From Naegleria gruberi (Eukaryota): DNA of 64,000 nucleotides. The translations under genes and the position numbers were made by a program. A model generated the notes under the pieces. That model searched no databases. It was not told where the DNA came from and saw nothing but the letters and a program-made list of their open reading frames with translations. Below, piece after piece: positions 10,971 through 24,600 of this stretch (the first letter of the stretch is position 1; every line of letters starts with the position of its first letter). Where the stretch lies: assembly GCA_000004985.1 (NCBI GenBank), contig GG738845.1; one strand, written 5' to 3'.

Positions 10971-11374
10971 TTTTGTAGAGAATGTTTCTTTGTTGAATTC
11001 TTGTACAACCGAATAATCTAGGTAGTGGGTGATTGTATTTTTTTCATCGTTTTTTTGAATTCAATAATGTGGTGAGTGGTGTTTTTATGTCACCACCCAC
11101 CACATGGTTCAAGTTTGTAGAGGAGAAGCAGGGTGGGTACCTAACTGGTTACAATTTTTTGTAGTGGTTGGTACGTACCTAGGTAATAATTTGTGCACCA
11201 GTAAGGTTTTTTTAATAAGAATCATTGGATATATCTTAGCTCAGGATATCAATTCCAACCCAACTCCCTTAACCAACTACAACTTTGATCCACACTCTAC
11301 GGGGTTGTAGAGCTTGTGATACTTCTTGTCTCTCATGTCTGCACAGATGAACATAATGTCACCACTCAAAAAAA

Positions 11375-14300
11375 ATGATCAAGAAATTGGGCGTAAAAGC
11401 TCAAAAATTTTCTCTCATACTTCACCCTGCATTTAAACACGCAACTGATCAACATAAAACAAAACTTGTTGAAGAATCGGAAGGTCATGTTGTTCATCAT
11501 GTTATTAGTGAAGATTGTCTTGATGGAGAGTCTAAAGTTAATAGTGAAGAATTAATTGTTAGTGATTTGATTGATGAAGATATTGATGAAGATGATAAAA
11601 AAGAGATTGATGAAAATTTACTTCAAAAAGCATTATACTATGCTCTATTAACTTTACATTTACCGATTCATATGGTTCCTGAAAGAATTCAAGATGTTCC
11701 CCTCACACTCTCACAATTACAAGGTGAAGTTTTAAAATTATTTGAACCCAAGTTAACTCTTGAAGAGTTGCAAAAAACTTGGAATGAAATATATATTCAG
11801 AAATCAGATAATGGCTCTATTGATTTAATTGTAGATTTTCTATTGTTGAGAAAGTATATTTTTGAAAACGAACATCAATTACCATATACAACCTCTGATT
11901 TTGTTAGTGTGGAGAAGTATCAGTTTTGGAGACATAACAAGATTAAGGAAATTGACCTCATGTTGGATAGTATTAAAACTGCTAGAAAGAAGGAATTCAA
12001 TTGCAAGTTGGAATTTGAATTTGATAATGTTATCCTAAACAATTCTGAGTCTCTTGTTAAGAAAACTGAGTGCGATTTGATGTATCATTTGGATACAACT
12101 GATCCTGAGAGTTCCATTAAAATTAACAATGATACCAAAACTAAAACTGTATATGAATCAAAACCTGTAGAAACCAAGAAGAAGGATGCTGCTTTTAAAC
12201 CAATCTTTAAAGAACTTGTTAAATTGTAAGTGTTACCTCTAATGATGTGTTCTAACTTCTTCAAATATGTAGATCTCTAGCAAATAGAGATCAAGAGGTA
12301 AAATTTTCTATCATCTTGTCAAAATATGCAGGTTTGAAAAAGAAGGAAATTGGTCACGTTATTATTCCAGTTACCAGTTTAATTGAAAAACTTTTCCCAA
12401 AAACAAATTGGGGAAACATTGATCAACCGATTCGAGCTGATTTTCCAATTGTTTTTAATAATTCAACTATTGGTGATATTCAACTCAAAATTACAAGAGG
12501 AAATTATCAATACTTCCCAGCAAATCAAAATAATTGGACTACATATGTTTCCAAGAGGCTTGACTTTATCAAGAATAATTTAAATACATTTGATATTCCA
12601 GATGTTTACAAGATCAAAAAAGTTCTATTAAGAAGAGCATTTAATTCGCCAAAGACAGACCTTAACTTAGTGACTTATGTTCAAAAATGGATTCTTGGAG
12701 AGATTGACCTCTTATTTGGTATGTCTACCCATAATGCAGAAATTAGTTTGTTAGATGTACTTTCAAGAAATATTCGTTTTTTAATTTCATTTGCTGATCA
12801 ATTTTCAAAAAGTTATCAAACTGCTACAAAAATAATTAGTGATAATATTAAACAAACCAACAAGATCAACCAAATTATGGACAAGACTGAAAAGAAAGTT
12901 GTTGATCTCTTAATGCATTTCAAGGAGAGATTCCCAAGAAACAAACCAGATGGTGCTTTAGAAAATGTTGTTAAACTATATGACACCATTATTTCTGTAC
13001 ACAAAAAACATTCATTTGAAGAATTTTTAGATATTCTTAAAGACCTTTTGAAAAAGTCACTCGAAAATGATTATTTGCTTATTAAGAAGCAACAATTAGA
13101 GGTTTTCAAAACAGAAGAGTTGAATGCCAAGGTGTTAATTGGAATGATTCCAGGGATTGTATACAAATTGGATAGGTAAGTTGACATGTCATTTAAAATT
13201 TCAAAATATTTTCAAAAACCTTAATTGACCAAACAACTTAACATCACTTTCAAAGACTCTATGATTATTCTGATACACTCCCACAGGATGTTAAATATGA
13301 AAGCATGAACATGATCTATTATGAATTGTTCAAGAAGGATTTCCAACAAGTTGCTCAATCAGGAGGGTTCTCTGGTTATCAGATGTTGCATTTTTGCACT
13401 AAGATTAAAGATTTAGCTGAAGTGATTGGAAACTCCAACGATTTGAGTCAAAAAAAATCCGAATTGATTGACATCGCTGAAGTTTCTAAAGGCTATGAAG
13501 AAAAATTCATTGAAGAATTAGCGGCTAAACTCGGTGATTGCGCAGATCAATCTATTAAGATTGACAATTGGGTACCAGTTAATCAAGACGTGAAACACTC
13601 AACAAGTGTTGTTGATTTTTACACTGCAGCTAACGAGATTTGGAACTATGTTTCTGAATTGGAGTTTTTCAATGAACATTTATTGCAAATGTTCACAGAA
13701 ATGTTGGCAAAGGTCACTCTCGATTATGCAAATAAGGTTAAAAATATTGCAGTACAAATTATTACTAGAAATACAAAAGAGAAATCAAGTACATCCCCAA
13801 CAACTGAAAAGACCAAAAAATCCAAAACAATCAACCTCTTTAGTAGAAATGAAGTTAAAAACGCGGAGCAAGAGAGTGATTTAATTTATTCTGAGATTGA
13901 ATTGACCTCAGATTTTTTAATAATGCTTAATAATATTAGCGTTTCGAAGCAAGAAATGGAAGAAATTATCGATAGTATTATTGAAAAACAAAAGGACTTG
14001 AAAGATAGTGAAGAAGTCACTAGACAAGTAGAAAGAAACGAGGAAGAAGATTTGGACTTGGAAAATGAAGAAGATTTGAAAAAGACCTCAGATATGATTG
14101 GTGAGCATCAAATGAGTGCTCTTGAAAAATCCAGAAAAAATATTGACCTTATTATTGAATCATTGATTGCTATCATCTCCTCCAGTTTCAGAGTTCCAAT
14201 TAGAAGTACACTACAAAATATTTTTAACAAAACTAAAACCTTGGTTGAAAAAAGTTCACCATCGAACAGACCCCTCTCCAAAGATACTACTCTCAAAATT

Positions 14301-16280
14301 GTGCAATCAGAAATTGATTCAATTTTGAGTAGTGAATTACTTGAGTCTATTCTTACACCTGCCTTTACAATTCTATCCGAAAGTTGCTATGATCAATTAT
14401 TTAAATTAATCTTGGAAAATATTTTGGATATTACAAACTCAGAAATGATTAATTCATTTATTATTCCAACTGATAATTATGATATTGAATCTGATAAGGA
14501 CAAATTCCTCACTGTTGAACAATTATTTGTACTTGAAAGCGTTCACACAACCTTTGGAATTTATCTTTGTGGTAATGATGATGATCCTGATACTGGATTG
14601 AATGAACAAGTATTTGAGTCCAAATCACGTCTCCTACTCAGATTAATTTCCCTCTATCAATGCACAACACCCAAGTTGATTAACATTTACCAAAAGTACA
14701 CCAAGTATCCTAATTTGAACTTTTCAAACATTTTGAAAAAGCATCACATATTACTTTTACTCAAATCTAAGGGTGATAAAGAAGCTCTATCATTCTACAA
14801 AATTCATCAAAAAGAGGCAGAACATCAACGTATTATTCAAGTCTTCAATTTGAAACCAGTTGATGGAGCAGGAGATGAAGATGAAAGCAATGACAGGTAT
14901 GAAGAGTTGTTGGTGACTGTGAGTGGTATTTATGAATTAAGTCCGTATGATGTTCATGTTACTGAACTCAGACTTTTACTAGAATCTAAATGTTCTAGAA
15001 AGACTAAAGAATTTTTATTGAGAGATGTCATTAATGCCAAATTGAGTAAACATTTACTCTCCACAAAGGGTGTTCAATTTTCAATCAAGGGTGATGAAAA
15101 GAGAGTTTACATTCTAAATTTTACTGATTCAGAATTGAGAACCAAATTCCTAAATGTATTTTACCAACAATTGAAGAATATTGGTAATGAACAACCTCAG
15201 CTTCAAGAATTGAAATCCCCAACAACAAGTGGAAGTTCTGTTAAAATCCTTGACTCTAATTTGTTTGATCAAGCTGCAGATGCCTTAAAACTCAAGTTTA
15301 AAATCAAAAACTCATCATGTAAACTTTTAAAAAGAATTATTGCTCAAGCTGCCTACAAGGTCGATAATACCAAAGTTTTTGCGGATGGTGAAGTATTATT
15401 ATTCAATTATGGTCTTTGTTTCCATTGTGGTTCAGATGGTGTTAAAGGAACTTTCTCTCTAAAACTCAACTTTTCAATTGTAAAACAAATTGAAGGAAAG
15501 AAGAGAAAGGACAATTCCATGAGAATCAAAATTGATCTGCAAGGAGGCTATTCTCTGTCTTTTTATAATGTTGAATTTTTTGAGAATTGTCTCTCTGATA
15601 TTATCAATGCATTTGAACAATGGTCCAAGGATTCAACAATTACACCTCTACCAAAATCAGATGATAAGAATTATTTCATTTCAAAATTCAAATTGAAATG
15701 TATTGGAGAGAGTGATGAATGCTTAGATAGAAAGTTGAGCTGTGGATCAGCACTTACAGAAAATGGAACATTGTTTATTGGAAACTATCATTGTTGTTAT
15801 GAATCCAATTCTCTCCTTCCAAATAACGGAGACATACAAAAGGAAGAGCAAATCTTAATCCCTGTTGCATTTATCAAGGATATTGAGAAGTATGTTCATT
15901 CAAAATTATTGGCTCTCCGTTTATTGAGTGGCCATATTGTTTGTTTCATGTTCCATGATGAAAAGAGTTTAGAAATCGCCTTCCAAAGAATCACTGTCAA
16001 GGTACAATGTATCACTAAGCCAAAAATATCCATATTTGGATCTTCAAACAGTGAAAATAATCTTTATATTTCAAATATTTTAAAAAATGAAAAGATAGAT
16101 TTGGATTCTTGCGATCAGAGAATATTGAATAGTGCTATATTGACAAAACAAGCTCAAGAAGCACCAATCCAAACTTTAGGTAATTTGGGAAGCGGTGTCA
16201 AACAAGCAAGTCAAAGTGGTGGAGTTTTCCATTATTTTACCAATATTGGAAAGAATATTTTCGGAAATAAGAAGAAATAA
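11375..16280 (+). CDS. Large multi-exon gene of unknown function; possibly C2-like plus MUN/helical domains (speculative). Exon A 11375..12225. Exon B starts at 12273 (or 12288) and ends at 13175. Third ORF 13305..16280 is either the last exon or a separate gene.
   Basis: Track ORFs end at 12229 and 13179, each exactly at a G|TAAGT donor (GTAAGTG at 12226, GTAAGTT at 13176). The first intron (47 nt, TTCTAAC branch-like, acceptor TAG at 12272) restores the frame into ORF B. The second junction cannot be joined in frame using the obvious CCCACAG acceptor at 13286. Alternatives are an acceptor at 13303 (128-nt intron), or a short terminal exon (R-MLNMKA*) with 13305..16280 as an independent gene. 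Confidence 0.45.
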
Positions 16281-16663
16281 GTGCCTCTGTTTATTTAAAT
16301 ATAAAACTACTTTGATAAAGATTCAATCCATTATTAAGATTGAATATGGGCCATTACTGTTTGAAATTTTCATAGCAATGCGCCCATAAAAATGTCATTT
16401 AAAGTAAATGAATAGCTCCCGAATCTTCTTTGTAACCAGAAGCTAATGGAAGTTTTTAAGTGACTGTATCCATATAGTGTGCAGGTTGCCAAGTGGATAT
16501 AGGTTATCCAGTTTATAATGTTATGCTGATGGTTGGAGGAGAGAAAAATAATACAAAGTGAGCTATTAACCCAAAATTGTAATTTTAAATTCCAAACCAG
16601 ATATGTTGTTGGAAACAACCCCTCAACAACTACAATTATTTTACTAGGAAACATACAAAAAAA

Positions 16664-18722
16664 ATGATTAACTTTGTGTATCAGTTGATTATAATATTAC
16701 TCCTGCCAGGTATTCTAATCAATAGTACTTGTTGTATTTCTGGAATACCACAAGAAGAAGATACACCAATTAAAATACTAAAGGATGGAGAAATAATTCC
16801 ATTCAATAGAACCATGTTAGTTCTCATCGATCAAAGTAGCACTCCAAGAGAAGAAACTCTAGATATTGTGAGTGATGGTATTTCGTTAACATTCTCAATT
16901 CTCTCTGTAATTGGATCCTTAGCTGTGTTTGGAATGTTTTTCTTTGAACATGCTTGGGTGTTTGGTAGAGAAAAGGAACAGAAAGCAAATTATAGACGTT
17001 CTCTCAAAAGAAATACCATCAAGGATCTGGATATTCTGCAACAACACCATGTTGAATATATGAAAAAGAAGAGGCAAGTAATTTCTCAGAAAAAGAGAGA
17101 GTTTGTGCGGAGAATGATGTTATCATTGATGGTGTCAGATGTAATTTGTTCATTGAGTAGGATTATGTTTGTTGTTTGGTGGTGGATTTGTACTCAAGCA
17201 GCTCCTAATGAAATGTTCAATCATTTTACAGGTCCAGTTCAAAATTTTGGAACCAATTCATCTCAAATTATTACGAATGGATCCATTTCTTTGACTAGTT
17301 TTATTTCACCTCCTCTTTCGAAAGTCATTACAATTCATTTCAATACCAATGGAAAGGAAAAGAATAATGGGAAGGGAAAGGATAAAAAACCAGTTATTGA
17401 TAAAAAGAATGGAGGAAGTAAGAATGGTTCCATAATTGAGTATTTGTCTGATCCGTTTGGAGAAACAAACAAGTTCAACAAAAAGCAAATGGCCTTAATT
17501 GAACCTCCATCTTTCTATTCAGTGTTCAGGATTGATGGGAATGATTCCATGAATGGGACAATGTTTTATTCCTATTTTGAAATGAAAACAGCACCTCAAT
17601 TGTTTTTAGGATTTCTTGCCAATGTTAATTATGCATCATGCCTGTCAACTGCTTCCTGGGTTGCAATAGTGGCCTTTTCTGTTTTAGCAACAACGAGGCA
17701 AGTCAGTTGGGATGACGAAATGCAAGAGGAAAGTGATGACGAATCAAAGAAGGTGAAAATATTATGTGTTGAAACTGTTTTTCATTCATTTTCATGGGGA
17801 ATAGCCTTTTTTTCGTTTTTCATTATTTTTCTTCTTAGAGTAGTTTCTCACACAACACCAACAATAGATAAGACAATAATTAACATCATTACCAGTATAC
17901 TCTATATTATGTGGGCCCTGTTTTTTACCCTGGTATGTTATTAATTTCATTCAAATTAACAAAAAACAGATAATAACTATTCTTATTATAATATTAGGTT
18001 GTATTTGGAGAAAAATAGGAATACACTTCAACAAGTCTCAATTGATATTCCCAAAATTGGAGACAAGAAAAAGACAGCGTTCAGTAATACTAAAATTAAG
18101 CATGCTCCTTCTCCCATTCGCTTTTTGTGGAATTTTTGAAGTCATATTTTGGTATTACAATGCTGTCACAACTCTAACTCAACAAGATGATGTTCTCTTT
18201 GTTGTGATATTTTACAACTTTCTTTACAATGTTATCGTTCCATTGAAAGGCTTTCTTTTGGCTATTGCCTTCTTATTGGGTTCACCAGAAGTGAGATCAT
18301 GTCTCAAATGCTGTTGTTTTTGTAATAGTTTTGCTACTAGTGATTATAGCTCTAGCACAGAATCCCTTCTAGATGGTCATATTGAGGAAGCAAATAGCAT
18401 CACATCTGTTTTTGAAAATGTTAGGACAAGACTCCGAACGCCCAGCTCAGAATATGCAGGATTATACTATTCCAACTCGGCAACCACGCCAAGAACACCA
18501 CAGTTCCCAATTAGTGATTCAGAAGAGCCTAAATCCTCAGCTCACTACACAACACTGGACAGAGTGAAAGCAACCTATGCCACTATCTCAACAGAATCCA
18601 TTGAGGGAACTCTTATCACTTTTGGCCGTCTCTACACTGGTGCATCAACAAGAACCAATCAACAACAAGTGCTCCAAACTAATAGCTCTGAAATATCTGA
18701 AGACATTCATATTAATATTTGA
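16664..18722 (+). CDS. Seven-transmembrane receptor-like (GPCR-like) glycoprotein. Two exons: join(16664..17932, 18018..18722).
   Basis: Signal peptide, then 7 predicted hydrophobic helices. A long N-glycosylation-rich loop lies between helices 2 and 3. C-terminal tail is Cys-cluster and Ser/Thr-rich. Track ORF 1 ends at a CTG|GTATGT donor (phase 0). The 85-nt intron ends AAAATAG at 18017 and continues in frame into ORF 2 (helices 6-7). Confidence 0.6.
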
Positions 18723-18752
18723 TTTAAAATATTGTCAATTTATTAAAGCAAA

Positions 18753-21079
18753 TTAAAAGTTTTCCAAATCCAATTCCTTAAGGGTATCCTTCTTATTGGA
18801 TGATGAAGCATTGCTTGATGATTTGGTCTTCTTCTTGGATGGTTCCGTTCGCTTAGAAGATGGGGCACTTGTGGATTCAGTTGACTCATCTCCTCTCTTT
18901 CTCTTAAGTTTAGTCTCTTCCATTTCTTTGAGAGCAGATTCTTCTTCATCCTCTTCTTCCTCGAAGGTAACCTTTTCGTCCAATTTGGCAGCAACTCTTT
19001 CCAAAACTTCTCTGTCTTGTTTCTTCTTTTCGTTTGCATAGTACTTGTCGAGAGGTGTTTCAGTATCCTTTAAGAATTCTATAACCTTGTCAAATTCAAG
19101 TGGAGTGAAATTAATCTTGGATTTGGATTCGTTTACAAAAATGATATTGTCATTCACATGCTTAACAAGATTAGTTATTTGCTTGGAGATACCAAAATGG
19201 AGTGTTTCAGTATGTGATTTAACATACTTCTTCAAAAAGTTTGTAATTGGATAGGAAAGTTCTGGGAAGGCAACAGACTTACTATGATTAGCCAAGTGAT
19301 CCAAAAGTAAGAAACAACAATCATCAATGATTCTTTGATGGAATTCTCTAGATTTGAGTTCCTCAGGTACAGCCTTGAGTTTGAATTCGAAATATAATGG
19401 TTGTGGTTTTTGATTTTGTTTTGGAGTGTTAATAGCTTGTTTCAATTGTAAAATTTCAAAAACTGTTTGCGAAATTGGAATAAAACTCTTGTCACAATCT
19501 CTCGAAAGTTGGTTGAGCATGGTCAAAATCTTAACTTTGAATGGATAATGTTTGGCAGAATTAGTTAAACCAATAGCAGCCATAGCAATTTGTGTGACTG
19601 GGTAGAGAAGTGCTGAAATATTTTCTTGCTTGTAATAGGCACATATAACCTTTGACCAGGCATCCAAACAGTGGAAGAATTTCCAATTATAACATAAAGC
19701 ATAACCATTTTGAACTGTTGAGTCCATAGCTCTTCTCACCGTTATAGCAAGTTCTCTAATGTATGTAAAGGCATGATGGTAAGTACTAGTAAAGTTGATT
19801 GTTGACAATTCTACAAGACAATTCTTCAAAAATTCAATTTGATGGAATGTAGATGGGTTATACCCTTTAGAATTTCTCAAAAGAGTATAGTAAATACCCT
19901 TAATACATAATTCTAGGAATGGATATGGATAAATAACAGCCATACTATTGATAATAATAAATGCTCTAACTCTAACATCTTCATTGGAATGACCTAACAA
20001 GTTGAGCATGAGTCTCAAAATTTTCTTTGGTTGAGCTTCAAATAAACCATAGAATGGAACGAGTCTTACGAAATAGTGCAAAACATAAATCAATAATTTT
20101 TCATCCAAAGTCTTTTCCATCATTTGGTGGAACGCATTAATAAATGTTGAGAGAGCTAATTTAATTTGTTTCCATCCAGAATGTTTAGCTGGTAATTTGT
20201 TTCTATTATTAATATAGTTAATGAAACTATTTCCTAAAAAAATTACTTACGATCCTTGTTCATATTTTGTCAAAATAGTTGCCAAATCTCCCAAACACTT
20301 AACACAAGCCATTGTAACTCTTGCAAATGTTGCAACATCAGGAACAACATATGGAATTTCTGGTTCTTTTTCCTTCTTTTTTGATTCTTGATTTTCTCCT
20401 TCCTTCTTCAAACCTGATCTGAAACATAAAATCAAGTGGAATAATGGTTGCACAGCGTTAGAAGTTTTAATCTTTTTAACCCAACGAGCAATCAATGCTT
20501 TTGTTACTTTAATTCTATTACCAAATTCTTTAGTATCCTTTTCATCTTCTTCTTGTATTTCACCTGCAATTCTTTCAAAGTATTGTTCATCTTCTTCGTC
20601 TACTTCTTGTTGATCAGTAACATCATCAGTCATTTCATCATCCTCTTCCTTATCACCTCCGTGGAAAACTTCCTCATCAGAATCATCAGAAACACTAGCA
20701 ATCAATTGTTGAATTTCTTCTTCTTCTTCCTTTGTTGTTTTTCCTCCTTCTTGTTTAAGTTTTTCAAGGAATTCCTCAACTTCATGTTTAGTTATACTAT
20801 TTAATGTTAAAATCATCATGATTGTTTCAGTTGTACATACCCATTATCATTTTTTGTTGATTCCTTCTTATCCTTCTTCTTAGATATCTTCAAATAATGT
20901 TGGTCAAGTTGTTGTTCTTCTTGTTCGGAATCGGAAAGGTCATCTCTTTTCAGCTTTTCATTTCTAATAGTTTCTCTAATATACTTTTGTTGACCAATCT
21001 TTTGAGTTCTTATCTTGGCTTTAACCAAACTTTTATTGGATTTGTATTTTTTATCACTCTTTGTTTGCTTTTTACCCAT
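18753..21079 (-). CDS. NOC2: Nucleolar complex protein 2 (NOC2/NIR family). Three exons: join(complement 20841..21079, complement 20251..20796, complement 18753..20202).
   Basis: Three adjacent minus-strand track ORFs join in frame. Exon 0 (MGKKQTKSDKK..., typical Noc2 basic N-terminus) ends at a GG|GTATGTAC donor. A 44-nt intron with TTTTAAC ends AAATAG. Exon 1 ends at a TC|GTAAGTAA donor. A 48-nt intron ends AATAATAG. Exon 2 holds the conserved Noc2 C-terminal region. Confidence 0.65.
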
Positions 21080-21371
21080 TATTGTGAAGTACCGATTTTT
21101 TTTTGAAGTTTTTTATTTTCAATAAATTTTTGAATGGCAATAATTCTCATCACAACCTGCAGAATTTTGCTGCATTTATTTGTTTTTCATAATAATTTAA
21201 AACTGAAAGAAAACTGTTATCAGAGTGGCAGAAAGCTTGTAGTAACCACTATCACACAGGATAGATAATCACAAATTTCATTGACAAAAAATTAGGTACT
21301 ATGAAAAGTAACTTAAAGTTGTCAATAATATATTATACTTTTTATTAATTTTTTAAAAAAATACCTCAAAA

Positions 21372-21527
21372 ATGTCTGCTGAAGGTCATCACGGTCCATA
21401 CAATACTCGTTTGTTCTCTTGGAGAATGATTGCGATCGCCGCCGGTTTCTCCATGATTCCTTTGTTGTTCTCAAAGCCTGCTCCTCAACCAAAGACTGAA
21501 ACTTTCACTCCTCCAAGTAGGTATTAA
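21372..21527 (+). CDS. Candidate small ORF (51 aa) encoding a single-pass membrane micro-protein, not in the ORF track
   Basis: In the 600-bp gap before PRP16: CCTCAAAAATG start context like neighbouring genes. Product MSAEGHHGPYNTRLFSWRMIAIAAGFSMIPLLFSKPAPQPKTETFTPPSRY* has one clear hydrophobic helix. Too short to pass the 60-aa track filter. Confidence 0.35.
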   Translation: MSAEGHHGPYNTRLFSWRMIAIAAGFSMIPLLFSKPAPQPKTETFTPPSRY

Positions 21528-21684
21528 TAATTTAAATTATTCTTGATTTTCTTTTATTCAGAACATTAAATTTCAGACACCATGGGACTTTAATAAAAAA
21601 ACTACTTTTAAATTCTAACAAAATTCATTATTTGAAAGTTTCATATTATTGCTTGCCGATGATTATTGCTACACCTTCAAAAAA

Positions 21685-24600
21685 ATGTCTTCGTTGGAGC
21701 AGTGGGTGAGTGACGAATTATACGATGTAATCAAGTATAGTAGCACCACTGTCAGTAGCTATGTAATCAATTTGGCAACTAAATATCAAGCCAATCCTTC
21801 CAAGTTAATTAAAGAATTGGAAAAAGAATTACTGTCACCTGATGAAGTGCCTGTACATCATTCCAAGATTGATTCATTTGCTAGACATCTCATTCTAAAA
21901 TTACCATCCATTAATAGTTTGAAATCATCCGAGTCATCAATATCAAAAACTAATTCTAAATATTCGTCAGCAATTAGTGAGGATGTATCTTCCTTGTTGG
22001 TACTTTCCGAGGAAGAAGATAATCAAGACAAGAAAAAGAAAAAAAAGAAAAAGAATGTAAACTTGAGAAGAAAGATATCGACAAATGACAATGATGAGGA
22101 AGATCAAATGCCACCTAAAAAGGTTAAACACGAAGAGGAGGATCAGATTTTCATTTCACAAGATTCTATTGAGGACAACAACCAAAGCTCTTCAGCAGCC
22201 GAGGAAAATCAACATGATAATCAACAAATTGTAAATAATAATGAACCAAAGAAAAGGTTAACTAGGGAGGAACTTTTATCTCAAAGAGCTAAAAATCCTC
22301 AAGACAGGAGAATAGTTCTGGAAGAATTGAGAAAAAAATCTAGAAATCACTATCTTAATGAGAGAGAAAAGAAATTGTTACGAGAATTGGAAAATAATCT
22401 CATAGAAGAAGAAATTAATAGACGAGATGAGGACTTGACAGAATCTGAAAGATTGGAAAGAGAATCTAAAAGAAAAATTTTGGAATATACCAAAAATAGA
22501 AATAAGAAGAAACATACCGATTATTTTCAAATGCCAGATACATACTACGATCCAGAAACAGGAGTTTCCAAGAATAGAGACAAATTGGAGCTCATTAAGA
22601 AAAGAGATGACTACATTGACCATCATCACAAGGGCAACAGATCATCAGATCAGAAAAAATTGGAAGATGATCTCATTCAACAATCTACGATGAAGTTTGG
22701 AGCAATGGATAGACTTAAGCAAGCTGAAAGGGAATACGAAAAGGAAAAACAAGTTGAATTGGAAATTGAGGATGAAATTGAATTTATTCAAGAAATACTT
22801 GAAGGAAAGAGAGAAATGCCAAAAGAATTAATGAAAGAGCTTGGATTGAGCGAAACGCCAGGTACAGAAAAGAAAAAAACCTTATCAATGGAGGAGTTCA
22901 GAAAAACATTACCAATCTATCAAATGAGAGACAAGCTAATTCAAGCTGTACAAGATAATCAAGTAGTTATCATTGTTGGTGAAACAGGTTCCGGTAAAAC
23001 CACTCAATTGACTCAATATTTACACGAGGCTGGGTTCACTAAGAATGGGAAAAAAATAGGGTGCACCCAACCTCGTAGGGTAGCTGCAACTTCAGTAGCT
23101 ACTCGTGTTGCTGAGGAAATGGGAACTAAAATAGGAGATAAGGTCGGATACACCATTCGTTTTGAAGATCTCACATCTGAGAATACAATTATCAAGTATA
23201 TGACTGATGGTATGCTTTTAAGAGAGTTTCTCAAAGAACCTGATTTGGGAAGTTATAGTGTATTAATGATAGATGAAGCTCACGAACGGTCACTTCATAC
23301 TGATATTCTATTTGGGCTTGTGAAAGATATTGTTAGATACAGAAATGACATTCGTTTAATCATATCAAGTGCAACAGTTGAAGCTGAAAAATTTTCAAAG
23401 TACTTTGATGGAGCACCAATTTTCAATGTTCCTGGAAGAAAATTTCCTGTTGATGTTTACTATACAAAAGCTCCTGAGAATAATTATCTAGATGCAGCCG
23501 TTGTTACAGTTCTTCAAATCCATCTTTCCCAACCTGATGGTGATATTTTAGTATTTTTAACAGGTCAGGATGAAATTGAAAAATGTGAAGATATGCTAAC
23601 AGAAAAGCTTAAAATGATACCATCAAAAGGCAAAGGACTAATTGTAGTACCAATTTATTCTACCTTACCTTCAGATCAACAAGCCAAAATTTTTGAACCT
23701 ACTCCACAAGGCTTTAGAAAATGTGTTTTAGCAACCAATATTGCTGAAACATCACTTACCATCGATGGAATAGTTTATGTAGTTGACTCTGGATATTGTA
23801 AGCAAAATAGTTATAATCCAAGAAGTGGAATGTCTTCATTAGTTGTCACTCCAATTTCAAAAGCTGCTGCAATTCAAAGAACAGGCAGAGCTGGAAGAGT
23901 GGCACCTGGAAAATGTTTCAGATTATATACATCCTATTCATTTAATAATGAGCTGGAAGAAAGTCCAACACCTGAAATTCAACGTACTAATCTAGGAAAT
24001 GTTGTATTGTCATTGAAAAATTTGGGAATTAATGATTTGATTAATTTTGATTTTATGGATCCTCCACCTCCAGAAACATTAATTGCTGCTCTTGAACAAT
24101 TATATGCCCTGGGAGCTCTAAATGATGCTGGCGATTTGACATCAATGGGCAGAAGAATGTCAGAATTTCCACTTGACCCACAACTATCCAGAATGCTTAT
24201 TGCCTCTGAAAAATATGGTTGCACAGAGGAAATTGCAACCATTTGTGCTATGCTATCTGTAAATAATTCTATATTTTTTAGACCAAAAGAAAATGAGTTA
24301 CAATCTGATAATGCAAAAAAATCATTCCACCATCAACATGGTGATCATTTGACTCTTCTTAATGTTTTTAATGAATGGGTAGAAACTGGTTATAGTATTC
24401 CTTGGTGCCACCAACATTTTATTCAAGAAAGGTCAATGCTAAGAGCAAAAAAAATCAGAGAACAACTGGTACAACTTATGGAAAAGGTTGAGATTGAATT
24501 AATTTCAAACAGTGAGGATTCTGAAGCCATACGAAAGGCTATTACAAGTGGTTTCTTCTACAATGTAGCTACGCTTGAAGGACACACAGGAAGTTACAGG

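Noticed and set aside
12316-12331. Track start codons at 12316, 4293, 5201, 18042, 21649, 33324 and 45968 translated as M
   Set aside because: The underlying codons are TTG or GTG. The ORF finder uses a bacterial start table. In each case the frame continues from an upstream exon or a downstream ATG.
16300-16345. 7-bp inverted repeat AGATTCAAT ... ATTGAATAT in the spacer before the 7TM receptor gene
   Set aside because: Short imperfect stem in AT-rich DNA, within chance expectation.
20227-20250. Alternative 24-nt intron (acceptor AAATAG at 20227) in NOC2
   Set aside because: It is in frame but far shorter than every other intron in the window (38-52 nt). The 48-nt intron using the AATAATAG acceptor at 20203 fits the local pattern.
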